64,000 bases of DNA, from contig CM082580.2 in assembly GCA_040954595.2 (NCBI GenBank), positions 7,728,390 through 7,792,389 of the forward strand, given 5' to 3'. This stretch comes from Balanoglossus misakiensis (Eukaryota > Animalia > Hemichordata). This document shows positions 29,184-42,800 of the stretch, one piece after another (position 1 is the stretch's first letter; the number at the start of each line of letters is the position of its first letter). The notes under the pieces were generated by a model that saw nothing but the letters and a program-made list of their open reading frames with translations, was not told where the DNA came from and did no database searches. The translations under genes were made by a program, and so were the position numbers.

Positions 29184-30783
29184 CTTTCTGCAAAGACATT
29201 GATCACTCATGTACAGCACAGAGATGTAATTTGTAGCATAGATTAGCGCTATCTACTTTACCCCACAGATGTTACATTTATTTTTATCTGACCCTCAGTT
29301 GTGTAACAACAATGTTTGTGCAGGCAGAAAATCTAGAAAAACTCTAATAATGAGACATCGGATACCTTGACATTTGCGCAAAATTGAGAATATCATATTC
29401 TGTTAAACCTGCATTTTCTTTCTTTACAAAAGTGTACTCATCCAGATACTAAATTTTGTTGAAAAAATTAGCATTTTGAAAAAAAATGTCCAAGAATAAC
29501 TCTTGGTTTAGCTCTGACCTTGCAGAGTTATGTATCATATAAAACCATATGCCTGTTTATGCTGCACTATCAGAGCTTAGAATTGGAATATTATTATTAG
29601 CTTTGAGGATCCATATAACTTGTATTTATATGTGGTGAAAAGTTAAGAGACCTTTCCTGGAAAGTGTGGCACTCAGAGATTGTTAGATGTAATTTTTGAA
29701 ACACAAAGAACATTGTTAAATTGGTACATGTATTGTGCGACAAGTGGTATCAGCAATGCACGATTGAGAAAGCGGATGTGTGCGTACTATGACACGATAA
29801 TGGCTGATGCCCAATATGTTCGCACCAACAAAATATGGCGTGAATTCTCTTCTTTTCACTTCAGCTGTAAAACAACAAAAATATGATACGATATTCACCA
29901 TATGATGAATAGGGTGTCAGTAAAAACGCCAATTCCAACAGATGTTTCATGGCCAGATCGGTAAATTTAGAACAGAGGACAAGTACGGTACATGTATTCA
30001 CAAAAATTAAAATAAGGAGCTGAAATCCTATTGAAAATTAATACCCAATGCCCTCACAGTATTGATCATTGGAATATTATGTACATTTTGTTGAAATTAT
30101 CATGAACAGGTACACAGTTAAACCTGTGTTAGTGACCACCTCTATGCCAGTGTCATAGAACCTCAGTCAGTGGAAATAGATAATAAAATGCCCAGGCACG
30201 GGGGACTGTGAGTGACAAGCGGCCATGATCTGCGTTATCACTGCCAAATGCAAAATATACATATAAATAATTGAAACTCTGTGTTTATTGAAATAACATG
30301 ATAAATTTCATCCCATGGGCTACCTTTATTAAATTCACATGACGTTTGCTAACTGGTCATTGACTTGTGTGACTCAAGGCTGATGTAGTGTTCAATGTAG
30401 CCGAGATAATCTGTGATTTTTTTGGCATGTTATACTTCGTCTGAATAAGTTGGTTGTGAGGAACTCAGATATACTAAGTACACCTTTATGTCTTTGAAGT
30501 TCATAGTGAAAAAATACGACGGTTTTGCGGAGTTTCTGATAAAATCCACTCTGATTGATATATTCTCCCTGGGGTGTTACAGGACTGTCTTCTACTCAAG
30601 GCGACATCTCAAGCAGCCACGTCAACACTAGAGCAGTGTCTGTCAATACTTCAACAGCAGCATCTAATACAGTCGCAGTCGACTGGCAGTCTACCGGCTG
30701 GGGCTTCGGTGGAGTGGTTGGATCCAAATTTTTCCAGGTATGTACAGCACACTAAGAAGGTCAGAGGTTTTCTTGATGCAGGG

Positions 30784-30839
<56 letters not shown>

Positions 30840-33800
30840 TGGGGGGGAGGGGGGTTATGTGTTTGCGATATGAGAAGCGAGAAAAGAACTGACTGTGTTA
30901 AGAAAAGATTGACAGCCAGGCAATGGGAAACAGAAACAGGTGAAGTTGAACAAGAGACTGACTGACACTAAGAATCGGACAGACAGATGTGAGGTTATTG
31001 AACCGTTGATATCGGTGAATAGCTCGTAAGCTGTGTAAACTGATGTCCGTGTGTCTTCACGTAGTTATTGTGCGTGCGTTGGTAAGTGAATTAGTATTGA
31101 TTGGTTGTCAGTGAATGAGGGGGAAGATTCGACAACAGTTGATCAGTGCAAACGTGTGTGCTCTCTAAAGATTGGCCTTCAAGGCACTCTGCATTTCTTT
31201 GGAAGTGCACGAAACGCTGACTGATCGACAGTCATCTGCATCTGTCGCATTCTCATCCGAGCGAACAATTCTTGCTGGGTAAAAAAAACAACAACATGAT
31301 TTCAAAATGGTTCCATTACGACTGTTTCAGGGCTTCTACGTCTAGGAGGCAGGCTTCGTCGAAGCAATCTTCAAGTTCAGGGATTTCTGTGACGGATGAC
31401 ATGCCGAACCGAGTGGAAGGTAGGTCAATGTGCAAATCCAAATCTCAAAACCTTGCATCGTATTCCATCAACTGTGAAGTTAATACCACAGAAATTCTCT
31501 GTCCTTTTCTAGATATTTCATAAATTATTAATTGTGATGCGGGCGCCAGGGTGAAATATTAAAATCACAGGAGGCGATAAGCATCATTGTTATTTCGATT
31601 GGTAACCTTTGTCAGTGAAGAATAATGGCCTACAGACAAAGAATAGGACAGATTTATGGTGCTACTGATTCCACAGAATCGCACTATTTTTCAAGGATTC
31701 CACCTGGGATAAAAAAAATTTCTTTGATGGAAATACCGTTCTGACATCCCAGCTATCACAAATTTTTTCCATATTTGCCAATGTGCGTAGTCTCACTGCC
31801 TGCCTGTGTCTTTTTCGACTTTGACAGTAACCGTGAATCATGACGAGGACGTCATCGATAGCAACGCAGACGAAGACAAAGACCTCGGGGAGGTGGCCGA
31901 GCACAAAAGTATCATATTACATTTACTCTCACAACTCAAGCTAGGCATGGACTTAACAAAGGTGAGAATACACTCACAAAACGAATAGGTGATGTTTTAC
32001 GAGATGTATTCCCAGCGAGGCCACAAAGAAAGCTAATGAAATAATGGCATGTCATGGTTGTGTCTCAGCAGTTGATTTTGACGGGTGTTGTCCGGTTTGA
32101 CCGCTGTCAGTCACTCACACAAACAGGTTTTTCTGAACTTGTTAGTAAATGTGCGCAGACTATGTCAGTTTATGTCGTACTGGCCAATTCAAATTTGTTC
32201 CCGTGTGACAATATCTCATCACAGTCTTCTGTAGAAATGATATTTTAAGGGACAAGGGTGTTTCTTTCAGTGACTGGAAAGTTGTTCTTTTTCTGCAGGT
32301 GGTGCTTCCTACTTTTATACTCGAAAAGAGATCTTTGTTAGAAATGTTTGCAGACTTCATGGGTCACCCTGATATGTTTCTCAGGTGAGTCACGAATGGA
32401 GTCTCTATATCACCAGCAATTGATTCTAATATTGGTGAAAGGCTTAGAAGCAAATGAAGTAAAACATTTCTTAAAAAAAGGTTTCTCTGTTTCTTTCAAC
32501 AGGATACCATCACAGCCAACAGCAGAAGCTAGGATGGTGGCGGTTTTAGAATACTATCTTTGTTCATTCCATGTTGGTAGAAAGGTAGGAAGTTTCTGTT
32601 TTCTGTTTTTAAAAAAAAAACTTACATAACTTTGACCCACTGAAGCCACCATGTGTATCTGATAAAATCACACAAATTACGGGTAACAGGATTGCATATC
32701 AACTGAAGTTGCTGGTTCAGGCGCACCCTTCCATAATTCACAGCTTTTCTAACATCTCTGAATACATGTATTTTGCAGGGTTCAATAGCCAAGAAACCGT
32801 ACAATCCTATCATAGGGGAAACATTCCACTGTTCCTGGGAGGTGCCACATAATTACAGCTGTCTGTCAGAAAGCAATATCATTAGTACTACTAGCCCGTC
32901 GCACAGCGTCACAGTCAACGGCAGTGCAGAAGCCGACCAATCAGCAAACAGTACGCAAAACGACCGAGTGACGTACGTCGCAGAGCAAGTATCCCACCAT
33001 CCTCCAGGTATAAAGGTCGATGAACTTTTGTTCACAGGAGCAAAGCTGCTCACATCAAAAGATGCTGCTGTATAAATCTGGTCATAGATACCACGGATGC
33101 TTTACATCTAGCCAATCACATAATTTGATTTGGGGAGCACATAAAAATACCCTACCAGATGGTCAAAAGAGCTTTGACACTCAGCCATTCTGACTGCAAA
33201 AAAGGGAATGCAGTTTATGTAAATTTGAGTTGGCTGTAGTCCATCCGAGGGAAAAGTGTAGATTTTTACATGTCATTCCAACACAGGATACATAATATCT
33301 CTTTCCCCTCTCTCTGTTCAGTTTCAGCATTTTATGCCGAGTGTCCCAATAAGAACATCTGTATGAACACCTGGGTGTGGACCAAGTCCAAGTTCCTTGG
33401 CATGTCTGTGGGTGTGGTCAATGTGGGAGAAGGTAGGAAGATGCGTCTTTTGTGTCTGCACCAACGACTTGCTCGCATGGGATGTCTTGAAGTTGAAACA
33501 AAGTGACGCTTGATCAAGATGTCACTATGCTGTCGTCAGATTGCAGAATTGTGTTTTACTATCAAAACTGAGATTATGATTTTGACAAGTATGGAACTTA
33601 TGCATGTGATATCGGGAAGACAGGTAATGGCGCTATCTGCTGTCCCCTCAACATGATTGAATTACTGTGTCATGTTCCACGAACTGAGAGAATGCTAGCA
33701 AATGGAAGTTGCGAAAACACTATGTCATAGACCAAGGAAAATGTAGAAAATCGTTGTTCTTATCATTTGTAGGTGTTATTTATGATGTGTCACATGACGA

Positions 33801-35267
33801 AGAGTATACGTACACATTACCAAGTGCCTATGGTAGGAATATACTGACAGTACCATGGATGGAGTTAGGGGGTAAGGTGACCCTGGGATGTGCCAAGTCT
33901 GGTTATAGTGCAACGGTCACTTTTCATACCAAGGTAAAGTGAAAGATGTTAATTCTACTGCTGATAATTTGACAATTTGATGGACCTATTACAAGATCCA
34001 ACACAAGCAGAGCCCGAGTTAACAGAATCCAACCAGAATGCAACACTTACTGTTTCAAGAAATGCATAATTCCTTATATTATGTCATATCTGCGTTCATT
34101 TTCAGCCATTCTATGGTGGAAAGGTGCACAGGATCAGTGGAGAGATGAAACACGGCCCGACGAACAGTGTCATATGCAAATTTAACGGAGAGTGGAATAA
34201 ATCAATTGAGTTTTCGTACACGAATGTAAGTGATCGAACTTGTGACGGATGTGTGTATATGTAGAGTCAATAGTCTGTCTTCTTTGTTCCACCTGTCTCA
34301 ATCAAAGTTGCACTCTGACATCTTTGAGGATAAATCAAACTAGCTCATTGCCTCACATACAGATGACACATGATAGATCAGAGAAAGTTAAATTTCCTGT
34401 TTCTGCATCGTATAGCATTTAATGATAATTTCTGTCTGTGTGGGCAAATTTCTTTAGCAAGGTTTCCCGTATGCCCTCAACAATTGTGCTGGAAGTGCAC
34501 CCTGGTAATCCATGTCATGTTTGCATCTGTGCAGGGAGATCGCAAAGTGATGGACCTGACATCGATGGCCATCATCAAGAAGAGAGTCCGACCCCTCAGC
34601 AAGCAAGGTCCGTACGAATCCAGACGACTCTGGAACAGCGTGACCACGGCACTCCGGCAGGGGGACTTGGACACTGCAACGGAGCACAAGAGATATGTAA
34701 GTGAGCCTCTGGCATTCCCGCCCACCCCTACACACATTCAAGTAATGGAATATTCCTGTGTCTTGCTCAGAGTTGACTGGCTAAGTGTGAACAGTGCATG
34801 TCTGTCCTATAATTTTCAATGTTTGCTGCACATGATGTAAAATCTATGCAGCATTTGTGTCCATTGATAATCTGATAATCACTGCATGCACTTCGCAGTT
34901 ACGCAGTTGATTTGAATATTCATGAGGGTGATACCAGCCTCAGGTTTTGTTCGAAAAGTTCTCCTTGAGTGAGGGCGTTTTATGGAAGTGGCGAGTCTCT
35001 ATGACCCCGTCTGTGTGTGACATGTTGCTATGGCATACAAGGGCAGTATCCTTGTGGGAAGTGTACATTTTACACTAACCCATTGATTATTCCCACCTGT
35101 CTGTGATCCCTCTCCAGCTGGAAGAGAGGCAGAGGTCAGAGGGCAAACACCGGGCGGAGACCAAGACCCCATGGAAGACCAAGCTGTTCCACAAAAGCGG
35201 CGACGGATGGCATTACGGCAAGGCGCTGAACAAGACCGCCCGCAGCCAAGAGTCGTCGGTCTCGTGA
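19474..35267 (+). CDS. OSBPL11: Oxysterol-binding protein-related protein, ORP10/11 type (PH + coiled coil + ORD), ~742 aa
   Basis: 18 exons: 19474-19566, 23508-23539, 24001-24106, 24446-24493, 25995-26156, 27015-27281, 28367-28408, 30583-30737, 31331-31419, 31828-31961, 32299-32384, 32503-32584, 32779-33007, 33322-33432, 33773-33933, 34106-34225, 34535-34696, 35118-35267 (2229 nt, in frame). PH: [25 protein letters not shown]: [54 protein letters not shown]. Confidence 0.93.
20318..20354. mobile_element. Right-end fragment of CAGTCAAACC-type (Tigger/pogo-like) MITE family
   Basis: GTCCCTTGACTGTCCACTATAGAGAGGTTTGACTG|TA matches the ends of the copies at ~45.2, 48.3 and 52.6 kb. Confidence 0.7.
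25125..25163. repeat. (TG)n microsatellite
   Basis: Read directly from the sequence. Confidence 0.95.
29121..29177. repeat. (TG)n microsatellite
   Basis: Read directly from the sequence. Confidence 0.95.
30785..30838. repeat. (TG)n microsatellite
   Basis: Read directly from the sequence. Confidence 0.95.
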
Positions 35268-38200
35268 AGACAAAAACGACAAAATCAAAACGATCCAGTC
35301 TTCGGTCGGTTCGCAGGTATTACGACTAGTGGAACCCTCTCTTGCCAAATTTGATTTATTCTTAGTAAAAAAGGACAATGCAAGTAACAGAAACCCAAAA
35401 AGTTCTGAAGACTAAGCAGCAAGTTTGAAGCACAGAACTGAAGATCAGATTTCATCGTAGATTTGGTGCGTGAAACATTTTTAATGGCCGACCTCAGGTG
35501 CAGTTGTGACAAGCATGGCGGATCTGGCTTATTAACAGTGCATCGTTGGCAGCATTGGGGAAATAATCTGCAATGAAACTAACGAACAATCAAGCCATAA
35601 TTATACAGTTACTTGGCAGGAAGTGATGTTTTTTTTTTATTTGGGTACCGTATGAGATGGATTCTTGTTCATTGCACAACTATATCAATCTTGTGTTTCT
35701 AAACTATTTACATGTAAAATTGCTGCAAATGTGTCTGTCAGATTAATCGTACACTGTCTCTTCTGAGTGATGAAAATAATATTTTGTCTGGAACATTCCC
35801 TGTATGTGTCGTATTGAGATGTTGTGTGTTTTGTTCTCAGTTTTGTCAATTTTCCATAATTTGTTTGGGATGAAAAAAAGGGCAAAACTTTATATGCTAA
35901 AATAGCACTGTGCAAAATTGAGTCTCATTGGTCAAAATAATCAGAAAGAAAATTTAATAAATTGCCTTTCCTTCCTCGACACGTAATTTTGGTTAAAAAG
36001 AAATGTCAAAAAATGGGTATATTTTTAGGGAAAAATGAGAATTTTATAAATCACCCAAACCCATCGCAGTATGTTGTATATTTGAAAGAACTCATACCTT
36101 GTCATTGCTGCAATAGGCACTCTCAAATCAAAAACCGAAGTGTTTTATACTCTGATTGTAAAATAGTTCTGAAAGGTGTAAATAACAAATATAGTTCTTT
36201 CTCTGTTACACACATGTAGTTTACCATATAAATGACATTTTTTTTGTTAAAAAATAGTTTAAAATCACAAGTTTTATAAGCTCACACAAATCTAGTATGA
36301 GCTGTGTGTTCAATGGTGCTTCAAAGAATTAGTTTATTTTGTCGAGTTTTGTGCTTATGTATAGTGTAGAATGTCATTTATGAAACAAAAACAATTTATG
36401 TTTGATGATGTTGTGAACTTTGTGGCTAAGCAGCTGCAAAGGAAACCACTGTGTCATTTAATCGTACAACCACTCACATATTTATTAGAAAAAAGTGGAC
36501 ATCAAATCGTTTGATGTCCAGAAAAGTAGACAGTAGGTGTAACAGAAATGTCAGTAATTAATGCCCTTATAAGGTCGGTGCTCAGATTTGCATTCAGTCG
36601 CAGCGCAGCATAGACGTAGCTTACGCTCAGCGCCCTCTTGTGGACAGACAAATAAATAACAGCAAAAGAATTAGGGATGTAGGTAGTTTTTGGAGTGCGT
36701 GGAAGGTTTTGTTAGAAAATACAGTTTAGTTTACAGGATAAGTGCTAAAAGAAGGTAGAAGGTTTTTTAAATAAAAAAAGTGGAGAGATAGGAATTAGCT
36801 CTTATACCTACATCACTCTAAATTTGACAGTGAATAGCATTTCCCTGTTGTAGATGGCAGCTGCCCAATGACTGGAACATATGTTGATTGGAGCATCAAG
36901 ATTTCAATGGAGCATCAAGATTTCAAGCACCAGTATAATTTATGTGAATTATATTTCATCCCCTGATTGTGATTATGATTATATTTATCGACCAAACTCA
37001 ATTGAAACGTAATATGATGTAATAAAAACTTTGTAACTGCATTTTCTAATAGTTATTTAGGCCGAACATTTTCAATGTCGCTATCATGGAGGAGAGCCTG
37101 TTTAATAATGGACCATTTACCATTGAAAGTTTTGGGCAAAATGAAACTACTATTTCAAGACCCGGCAGAAGATTTTTCTCTGTAATGCTACTTAGTTGAC
37201 TTAATACTGTCAAAACTTCTATGTTTTTTGCTCTCTATTAATTACAATTTCATAATCCCTTGTTTATCCATATGGGTGCCTGCCACCCCTCTGCCCAGTT
37301 CAGTAGGCATTCCCACTAACCATTGAGGTTCAGAATGTTGGAAGTCACCATTTTGTAACGGGTGTGTGGGGTTCAGTAATGCTAACAGTTCAAGATGTCA
37401 CTGAAATCAATGTAATGGTGCAATATTAATGAACAAATCTGTGGGGAAAAGTCTGATTTTGCACACACACAAAAATGCTTTTGTAATTGTGTATATTTTG
37501 CACAAAATGCTTTAGAACGCTGGGCTTGTAGAAAGCTGAACTCAGTCATGTGACCTGTGTAATAAAAAAAGTTTGCGTATGTGGACTGATGTCAACTTGA
37601 GTTGACACCATTATGAAAATAGATCCATTTTAATCAAACAATCACTGTGTCTGGTGATCATTTGACATGAGGTGTTGGAAAATAGTTGTGCTGCAGAGTC
37701 AAAGATTCAGTTGTGTGTGGGCGGGCAATCCACAGTGACCGTGTTAAAGCGAATAGAGCTACTGTCGTTTACACAGTGTAACACCATTCAGTAAGGGCAG
37801 TAATCCTTTGAAATCAGTACCCTTGGTACCTAACACGGCCTAAAATTGTCAATATGCTGTTAGTTAGTTTCGCTCACAATATAGCGGGTAAAAACACAGT
37901 TCCTGGTTCTTTTCTGCTGCGTCATGGACGAGACAGGCAGGAATGTCTAGCGTTGATCAGTACATGTTCCATGATGATGACCCATATGTAAGTGACAAGT
38001 TGAAATCAAAACACAAGTACTCGTAGCTTGTGAAGCATTGCTCATTTATTTTCTTTAATGTTACATCATGAGAGATCAACACCAACAGAAAACCCCCTTC
38101 ATAAACCAAATCAAACTCCAAATAAACCCCATGAGAAATATCCTACAAGTATAGAAAACTAGTTATGGCTAAAGTCATGCAGAGGTGGTCTACACTTTGC

Positions 38201-38948
38201 AAAATTAACATGCGGAGGTGGTCTACACTTTGCAAAATTAACAGAGGAGTGTTTCTGTTCCTTAGTAGTATTGATATATTTATAGTGAGTGCTTTTCTTC
38301 AAGCAACCCTGGAATGTCTTAATTTGTAGACTGAACTCGGCTAGCTTGGAATGTTTCTTTTTGTCAAACAACACAAATTTACTAAACTTCTAAAGTATAT
38401 TCAACTTAGAGTACTATATATTGACCATAAATGAGCATCACCTATGAAATCTGGTCAACGTTAGAGTTGTATGTGGAAGATATGCACATGTTCTGCAATA
38501 TATACCGTTACTCTCCCGAAACTTTGTACTGTACAATCTATTCATGTCACCTGGGGACAAAAAGCTGTGCCTTTCTTCAAACAACAAAATCATGGTACGA
38601 ATGTACATAATGGGCATACGTGATATGATCATTTCTTTTTTTATATAGGGTTGAAAGTTAAATGAAAAATATGGGTTTTGCACCTTCCAACTAACAAAAC
38701 TATGGACGGCAATACCAAATAATTATACCCACCACAACTCAATGAAACAAAATAAATTACGAAACTTGCGAGATACATGCTCTAACTCCTTGAAAACCAA
38801 TGGCCTGCATGCATTCTAACATGAATACAACTAAATCGAATTTGAGGAATGGAATAAATGCTTGGAAGAAAATAGATGAGCAATGATCAATCCTTTTTGC
38901 ACCCAGTGATAGTGGTAAATATGATCACTGGGAAGTGACACCAATCGG

Positions 38949-39779
38949 TCATTTATTCCGGCCACGTCTTTGCTTCCTTTTCTTTCCCGTCTTCTTCTGT
39001 GATTTGTCCACTTCCAGGAGGTGAACCGCTTCATCTTCCAGACTGTCAGCTTCTGCTGCCAGGACAACAGCCTCATCCGCATCTTCATCTCCATCAAAAG
39101 CTGATGCTGCCATGGTACCTAAGGCAGAGTGAGACATGTGGAGGTTGTATTGAGGTAACAAATACAAGAGTCTTCTCCATGTGTGTGGGTGTTTGGGGTC
39201 AATTACACACGCCAGGAATTAAAACTGAGGGTGCACATATAGCAAAGCTGGGCATAGTACATCATAACTGCAATGGTAGACATACTGTAACTCAGATATG
39301 GCCAAAACCATAGCTTATTGAGGTCGCCATATAGCAAGCATCCACAATACCATCAATTTAAGATAATATTTTGATAATGGCTCTAACCATGATCCGGAGT
39401 CTAGAAATTGTCCTACACATAAAATAAGTAAAGTTAATGTGTTCTGTTATCGCAGAACCTTATTTTCATTCAACACTGAACCAATAAAGTACATTGTATA
39501 TCACCAACCAGCTTTAGATTCTTCTTCCAGTGTGATGTCCTTAAACAAATCCTGCACTTTCTTAAGGGAAGTCTTCACATCTTCAGCGCACTTGGAAACC
39601 TCATGTACTTTCTCCCAATAACGCTTTGTAAGCACCTCACTGATTTCCTCATCCAGTCTTGCCTTGGCTTGTCTGAGTTGCTGCAAAAAAAGAATAAATA
39701 CCCATCACAATTTCAGCTCAGTGTGCCCAAACTGCCAATATATTTTAATACATGTACTTTGCAACCAATCACTGAGATG

Positions 39780-39811
<32 letters not shown>

Positions 39812-42800
39812 GCACACGCACACATATAAGCATAACTGACAGCATAACTTTGTAATTAAATTAAATATGTACCTGTATGTCAAAAGCCAACTGGTTGCTT
39901 TTTCCGCCTTGCTGTTTTACTTCAGTAAAGAAGGCTTCACATTCTTTATGGTGGAAAAGATGCATTTAAAAGGAAAAAAGGAAGAGTTGTACTTCGATAA
40001 TTTAATTGAGCAATACTTTTACAGTCTCTATGTAACCCTGTAATTAATAATCACATTTAATACTATCCCAAGGCAGTAGGCCATAATTTGATGAAAATGA
40101 AACGTGTTCTCCTGATCAGACATATTGTTTAGGACACACACAGATAACGTACTCACCTGTCACAGTGGGGTGAATATTGTTGATATATGCCTCCTTATAT
40201 AATTTGAACAATCGGCTTTTCTCCCAGTGGCCAGTGTTCTGTTTGTGTACTTTGAGAATCTACAAACAAAAATGATCGGACAGTGAGTGATAAATAGTTA
40301 ACATGTCAGTCAGTCAGTCACTCACTCACTTACTGACACTCATTCAGTCAGTCGAGGGAGCGAGCAAGCCAGTAAACAATTCATTCATTCATTCATTCAT
40401 TCATTCATCCATTTATTTGTTCAATCAGTAAGAAGGAAAGATTTATCACTGCCATTCACAACTGTGAAGACTTTGCCTTGGCAGTGTTTCACTTGACAGT
40501 ATAAATGATTCTTTTGGAAATTATTCCTAAAAAATGCAACAAACAAACAGTGGGAGCCATACGTCCTACCTGTGCTTCCGGGAGATCATCCCTCTGAGTG
40601 AGGATATCACCCCACGGACCAGGCACTGGAGCTGGGGATGCTCCAGTGTCTATAGCAGGGCTGGTATCACCCGCACCCCCAATTCCTCCAAGCAGTCTGG
40701 GTCCAGTCATAAGGCTTGTTGGTGGTGTAGTGGGAGTTTGGGGAAAGACTTGACTTTGAAGGAGACTGTCAGGAGACTGGGGTTCTGCAAATTATAAGAC
40801 GCAGAGTTGCAAATTAAGAGCATACACAGCACATCTACTTAGGCATTCATTCATTCATTCATTCATTCATCCATCCATCCACTATCACTCAATTCATATG
40901 GCCAGTTGCTGTATTCCATAGACATCAATGTTAATTTTATAGCTTACAAAGTTTTATTTAACAATGACTAATATTAACCAAATAGTTAATGTAACATCGA
41001 TGCTCACCTTCCTGGTCATAATCCATCTCCAGTTTGATCTGTTCGTATTGATGGACATTGTCTGAGGCATCTTCTCCTGAAGTAAATATCACTCCACAAA
41101 TTCCACACATTTTCTCGCTGACAGTGGAGAGCTCTGTGAGTGCAGCTATGTCTGGTGACGGTGGCTGTTTGCTGACGGCGGTTTCTTCTACTATGTCCAC
41201 TTTCATGACAAGTTTATATCGTACCTTCAAGGCCAAAATAGTGAGATTCCGGAAAAACCTGTATCTCCTGAAAGCGCGGATGATGACGTCGGCCGCTTTG
41301 GTTTCAGAGAGCTGCCTGTCGTGTTCCGCCTGGTCTTGTCTGGCTCGTTCAATCTCCTCGGCCGACATGCCTGCTTCTTCAAACTGCTCGTAGTACCCTT
41401 CATCTTCTTTCGTTTCTGCATCAACGGCCGCTGTCGACACACTGTCGTCGTTTTCTGCATCAGCACCATCTACGGTAGCGACACCATCATCACCACCATG
41501 GCCGCTAGCTTCGCTCGTGCTGTCGTACGCTGGGACGGTTATTCCCCTGGGAAGAGGTTTGTAGAAGTACCTCTGGTATTGGTGGACCTCTTGGACTTCT
41601 TTATAGTACAGTCCCTTGAAACTGCCTGCCCTCCACATCCACCTGCACTGATGGAGGTACTCCCGTTCCCTTTTTCTGAGCAGCGTCTTCAGAGCAGCAA
41701 CCACGTCCTGGTATCCTTCGGCTCTCTGCACAGCCCTCACGGTGTCGGCCACTCTCGGCGGAAGCCTCTTGTCCACCCGTATCTGCATGAGGTGCTTCCT
41801 CAGCGTCTGCTCGCAGATCAACGGCGTCACGCTGCCCATGTTGCTCAGCATGACCAGCGCCAGCACCAGGGAACGCTCAGCTTCCCCCGTCATGATGTAC
41901 TCGTCAGTGTCGGGAGCGAAGGCATCCTTCAGGACGTTGAAGCCCCCCGAGTACAACTCTCCACACAGCAGGTTTACCAGGAAGCGAATGTGTCCACCGA
42001 GCTGACGCAGGCTTTGCTCGTCTATTTTGGCGATGTTGACGGCCGAGTACATGTGGTGTCCTTTCTTCGGAGTGCACAGCCGATCGAAGAAGTTGATTTG
42101 GGCAAGGTAGCTGGCGGGAACGATGACGCCGACATTTCTGACTTTGGCAAACATTGTCATGCACAGTGTATACTTCAACTCCATCATCATGACGACGTTG
42201 TGAATGGACGGAATCAGAGGCACACATGCTCGCTTGGCCGGAAGACCAATGAACCTGTTGAACGACCCCACTGACTGAACGGGGTCGTCACATGCATGCA
42301 AGTAGCGCGACGACTCCAGGAAAGGGTGAATCATGCTGTAAAAGTCCACCTTCCTTCCTCTGTCTTGGGATATCAAACCGACATTTTGTGGAATGATCTC
42401 CGGGTGTGGGACTCTGCGCACTCGGACAACTTCGTTGAAGTAGCCTGCTTGCATGTCGACGAGCCATTTCTTGAAGACTTGAGGATCCTCTTCGGCTAGA
42501 AGGTGAAATATCCAGATGAGGAAATAGAGGTCTGTGTTTGAACGCTTGTCTAGCACGCTGGCGGCCTCCCACATCCTCTTCGCCACAGCTCGGAGTTGAT
42601 TCTGAACAGGTAATCTCCGCACGATCCTCAGAACATCCGCCATTGCGGCCGGCTTCTCACTTGAAATTCTCATGTGGAAATGCTTTGGCAGGAGTGCTTG
42701 GAACAGTTCCAGACAGAGCTTTTCCGCGTCTTCTTCTGTAGGGCACCAGGACGCCATTTCCCGCTGTAAGACACCAAAGTGTTGCAGCTTTTTCGTTTTC

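Noticed and set aside
36888-38243. Short direct duplications (19 bp at ~36890; 33 bp at ~38176)
   Set aside because: Two-copy slippage duplications in 3' UTR/intergenic DNA; no spacers, so not CRISPR-like.
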